This document shows, in pieces, positions 29,317 to 32,000 of a DNA stretch of 32,000 nt (positions are counted from its first letter, which is position 1; each line of letters starts with the position of its first letter). Both the position numbers and the translations under genes were made by a program. This stretch comes from Desulfobulbus propionicus DSM 2032 (GTDB taxonomy: Bacteria; Desulfobacterota; Desulfobulbia; Desulfobulbales; Desulfobulbaceae): assembly GCF_000186885.1 (NCBI RefSeq), contig NC_014972.1:3090001-3122000 (forward strand). Reading direction: 5' to 3'. The notes beneath the pieces were generated by a model, which worked only from the letters and a program-made list of their open reading frames with translations, was not told the origin of the DNA and did no database searches.

Positions 29317-30447
29317 ATGATCATCGGGGTGCTCAAGGAAATCAAGGCAGAGGAAAATCGCGTCAGCATGACGCCGTCGGGAGTGGAAGTGCTGGTGCAC
29401 AGCGGCCATCGGGTGCTGGTGGAACAAGGCGCCGGTGTGGGCAGCGATTTTGACGACGCACAGTACGCGCACGCCGGGGCCGAGCTGGTGTCAATTCCGG
29501 CGGCGATCTATGCCCAGGCGGAAATGGTCATGCACGTCAAGGAGCCGTTGCCGCCGGAGTACGAACTGATCCGCGAAGGACAGGTGCTGTTCACCTACTT
29601 TCATTTCGCCGCCTCCGAGGAACTGACCCGGGCGATGCTGGCCCGGCGGGCGGTGTGCATTGCCTACGAAACCATCACCGACCAACAGGGCGCCCTGCCG
29701 CTCTTGACGCCGATGAGCGAGATCGCCGGACGAATGGCGGCCCAGGAGGCGGCCAAGTATTTGGAACGCGGTCAAGGCGGCCGCGGCATCCTCATGGGCG
29801 GAGTGCCCGGGGTGACGCCGGCGACGGTGCTGGTGCTCGGTGGCGGCACGGTCGGGGCGGAAGCGGCGCGGGTTGCCTGCGGGCTCGGAGCCATGGTTTT
29901 CCTGCTCGACACCAGCCTGCCCCGTTTGCGACACCTGGCCGAAATCATGCCGAAAAACTGCATTCCCCTGATGTCCTCGCCGGCGACTATCCGTGAACTG
30001 GCCCCCAAGGCGGATGCGATCATCGGCGCGGTTCTCGTGCCCGGCGCCAAGGCTCCCCGACTGATCAGCCGCGACTTGCTGGCGTCGATGAAAAAGGGGG
30101 CGGTGCTGGTCGATGTGGCCATCGACCAGGGGGGCTGTTTCGAGACATCGCGGCCCACCACCCATGACCAGCCGGTGTTCGAGATCGACGGCATCCTTCA
30201 CTACTGCGTGGCCAACATGCCCGGCGCGGTGCCCCTGACCTCGACCCTGGCCCTGACCAACGCCACTCTGCCCTACGCCCTGACCCTGGCCAAGAAAGGC
30301 TGGCAACGGGCGGCGCTGGACGATGCGGGCATCGGCCGGGGCATCAACATGGCGGCCGGCCGGATCACCTGTCAGGGCGTGGCCGAGGCCTTTGGCCTGC
30401 CCCATTGTCCACTGGAAACAGTGCTGGGCCGGGAGAGAACGGTGTGA
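29317..30447 (+). CDS. ald: Alanine dehydrogenase
   Basis: MIIGVLKEIKAEENRVSMTPSGVEVLVHSGHRVLVEQGAG, MHVKEPLPPEY, VLGGGTVGAEAARVACGLGA and VDVAIDQGGCFETSRPTTHDQPVF. Confidence 0.97.
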   Translation: MIIGVLKEIKAEENRVSMTPSGVEVLVHSGHRVLVEQGAGVGSDFDDAQYAHAGAELVSIPAAIYAQAEMVMHVKEPLPPEYELIREGQVLFTYFHFAASEELTRAMLARRAVCIAYETITDQQGALPLLTPMSEIAGRMAAQEAAKYLERGQGGRGILMGGVPGVTPATVLVLGGGTVGAEAARVACGLGAMVFLLDTSLPRLRHLAEIMPKNCIPLMSSPATIRELAPKADAIIGAVLVPGAKAPRLISRDLLASMKKGAVLVDVAIDQGGCFETSRPTTHDQPVFEIDGILHYCVANMPGAVPLTSTLALTNATLPYALTLAKKGWQRAALDDAGIGRGINMAAGRITCQGVAEAFGLPHCPLETVLGRERTV

Positions 30448-30570
30448 AATCTGGCCGCGCAAGGCAAGACACGAGCACGGAGACAAAACCTACGAGCGCA
30501 GGCCAGACACCACCGACGGCGGGCAAGGAGAGAGGCGAAAAAACCCGCCGCCAATGGTGCAAGAGGGGGG

Positions 30571-31260
30571 TTAGTTCTCCGGAGTACCGATAAAGCGATA
30601 CACCACGGCGCCGAGCAGGGCACCAACGATCGGAGCCACCCAGAACAGCCACAGCTGGGCCAGCGCCCAGTCACCCACATAGAGAGCCACGCCCAGGCTC
30701 CGGGCCGGATTGACCGAGGTGTTGGTCACCGGGATGCTGATCAGGTGGATCAGGGTCAGGCACAGGCCGATGGCGATTGGGGCCATGCCCTGCGGCGCCC
30801 GCTGGTCGGTGGACCCGAGGATGACCAGCAGGAACATCATGGTCATCACCACTTCAGTGATCAGCGCGGCCACCATCGAATAGCCGCCCGGCGAATGCGC
30901 CCCGTACCCGTTGGAGGCAAACCCGGCCGACACCTCAAATCCCGCCTTGCCGCTGGCGATCAAATACAGTACCCCGCCGGCCAGCACGCCCCCGATCACC
31001 TGGGCGGCGATGTACGGCAACAGCTGATTCGCCGGGAAACGGCCGCCGGCCCACAGTCCAATCGAAACCGCCGGATTGAGATGGCAGCCGGAGATGTGGC
31101 CGATGGCATAGGCCATGGTCAGCACGGTCAGGCCAAAGGCGAACGAGACCCCGAGCAAGCCGATGCCGACTTCCGGAAAGGCCGCCGCCAGCACCGCGCT
31201 GCCACACCCGCCAAGAACCAGCCAAAACGTACCGAAAACTTCCGCAACATACTTTTTCAT
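30571..31260 (-). CDS. aqpZ: Aquaporin Z-like MIP-family channel
   Basis: Two NPA motifs ([19 protein letters not shown] and [16 protein letters not shown]). Start at 31260, with an AAGGAGG-type site just upstream (minus strand GCAAAGGAGGATC). Confidence 0.95.
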   Translation of the reverse strand: MKKYVAEVFGTFWLVLGGCGSAVLAAAFPEVGIGLLGVSFAFGLTVLTMAYAIGHISGCHLNPAVSIGLWAGGRFPANQLLPYIAAQVIGGVLAGGVLYLIASGKAGFEVSAGFASNGYGAHSPGGYSMVAALITEVVMTMMFLLVILGSTDQRAPQGMAPIAIGLCLTLIHLISIPVTNTSVNPARSLGVALYVGDWALAQLWLFWVAPIVGALLGAVVYRFIGTPEN

Positions 31261-31409
31261 GCCTTGATCCTCCTTTGCAGGATATGAGGGAAAATGGAAC
31301 GGGAAGATGATGGTTGAAGGTAGCGGGGAACAACGGCAATGTACAGTAAATTTCCGGTAAATGTGGTACCCGATCGGACACTTGGCGGCCCGGATCGAGG
31401 GTGAGGGAA

Positions 31410-32000
31410 TCAGACCAGCAGGGCGCGCAGACGGCGGAGGTTTTCCACATCCTCGGCCAGGTCGGGGCCCTTGTCGGTCTCCAGGGTCATGGGATGGTGG
31501 CGGAAACGGGGATCGTTGAGCAGCAGGCGAAACCCCTCCAGGCCGATCTGGCCTTGACCGATGTGCGCGTGGCGGTCGATCCGGCTGCCGCAATCTTTTT
31601 TAGCATCGTTGAGATGGAAGAAGTGGACAGAATCGATGCCGACATGGCGCGCCAATTCCGTCATGGTTCGCGCGTAGCCGGCGGCGTCACGCAGGTCGTA
31701 GCCGGCGGCGAAAATATGGCAGGTATCGACGCAAACGCCGAGATGTGCCGGGTAGCGGTTATGGGCAAGCAGCCACCCCAGCTCCTCGAAGCGGCTGCCG
31801 AGCGAAGTCCCCTGACCGGCGGTGGTTTCCAGCAGCACAACGAGGGACGAGTCGAGTGCTCCCGAGTGTTCCAGGGCCTGGTCCAGATTGCGTGCCACCG
31901 CGGTCAGCCCGGCCTCGATGCCGGCGCCGCCGTGACTGCCGGGATGGATCACCACCGCCTCGATACCCAGCTGGCGGCAACGCGCCAGTTCCTCGGCAAA
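31410..32000 (-). CDS. nfo: Endonuclease IV (deoxyribonuclease IV), 5' end beyond the window
   Basis: [55 protein letters not shown] and LETDKG. Confidence 0.93.
   Translation of the reverse strand, partial: FAEELARCRQLGIEAVVIHPGSHGGAGIEAGLTAVARNLDQALEHSGALDSSLVVLLETTAGQGTSLGSRFEELGWLLAHNRYPAHLGVCVDTCHIFAAGYDLRDAAGYARTMTELARHVGIDSVHFFHLNDAKKDCGSRIDRHAHIGQGQIGLEGFRLLLNDPRFRHHPMTLETDKGPDLAEDVENLRRLRALLV

Noticed and set aside
30500-30548. Spaced inverted repeat CGGCGGG/CCCGCCG near the ald/aqpZ boundary as a terminator
   Set aside because: The T-run on the minus strand falls inside the loop rather than after the stem, so it does not form a standard intrinsic terminator.

Overview
The window looks like a chromosomal segment of a diazotrophic, probably anaerobic deltaproteobacterium (Desulfobulbaceae-like by inference only). 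Positions 1-~3750 are the right-hand part of an integrated mobile element. It abuts the 3' end of a CAU-anticodon tRNA and encodes a HUH rolling-circle Rep, a serine recombinase and a tyrosine integrase. The remainder is mostly conventional host DNA: groES-groEL (minus), branched-chain aminotransferase, an MCP, a FUN14 protein, a nucleoside deaminase, a DUF486 protein, a very long PPDK-like protein without a recognisable PEP-binding barrel, a three-HMA copper P-type ATPase, a flavodiiron protein, a DUF1653 protein, a glycine-zipper lipoprotein, a PEP-CTERM protein, a degenerate IS5-like transposase, a nifE-nifN-nifB cluster (minus), a stand-alone receiver protein, alanine dehydrogenase, an aquaporin and a truncated endonuclease IV. 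Best second-look items are the three-enzyme mobile element with its local repeats, the PPDK-like protein architecture, and a perfect sigma54 promoter with two TGT-N10-ACA NifA-type sites upstream of nifE. No CRISPR array was seen, and I see no convincing evidence for a wholly new defence or retroelement system.
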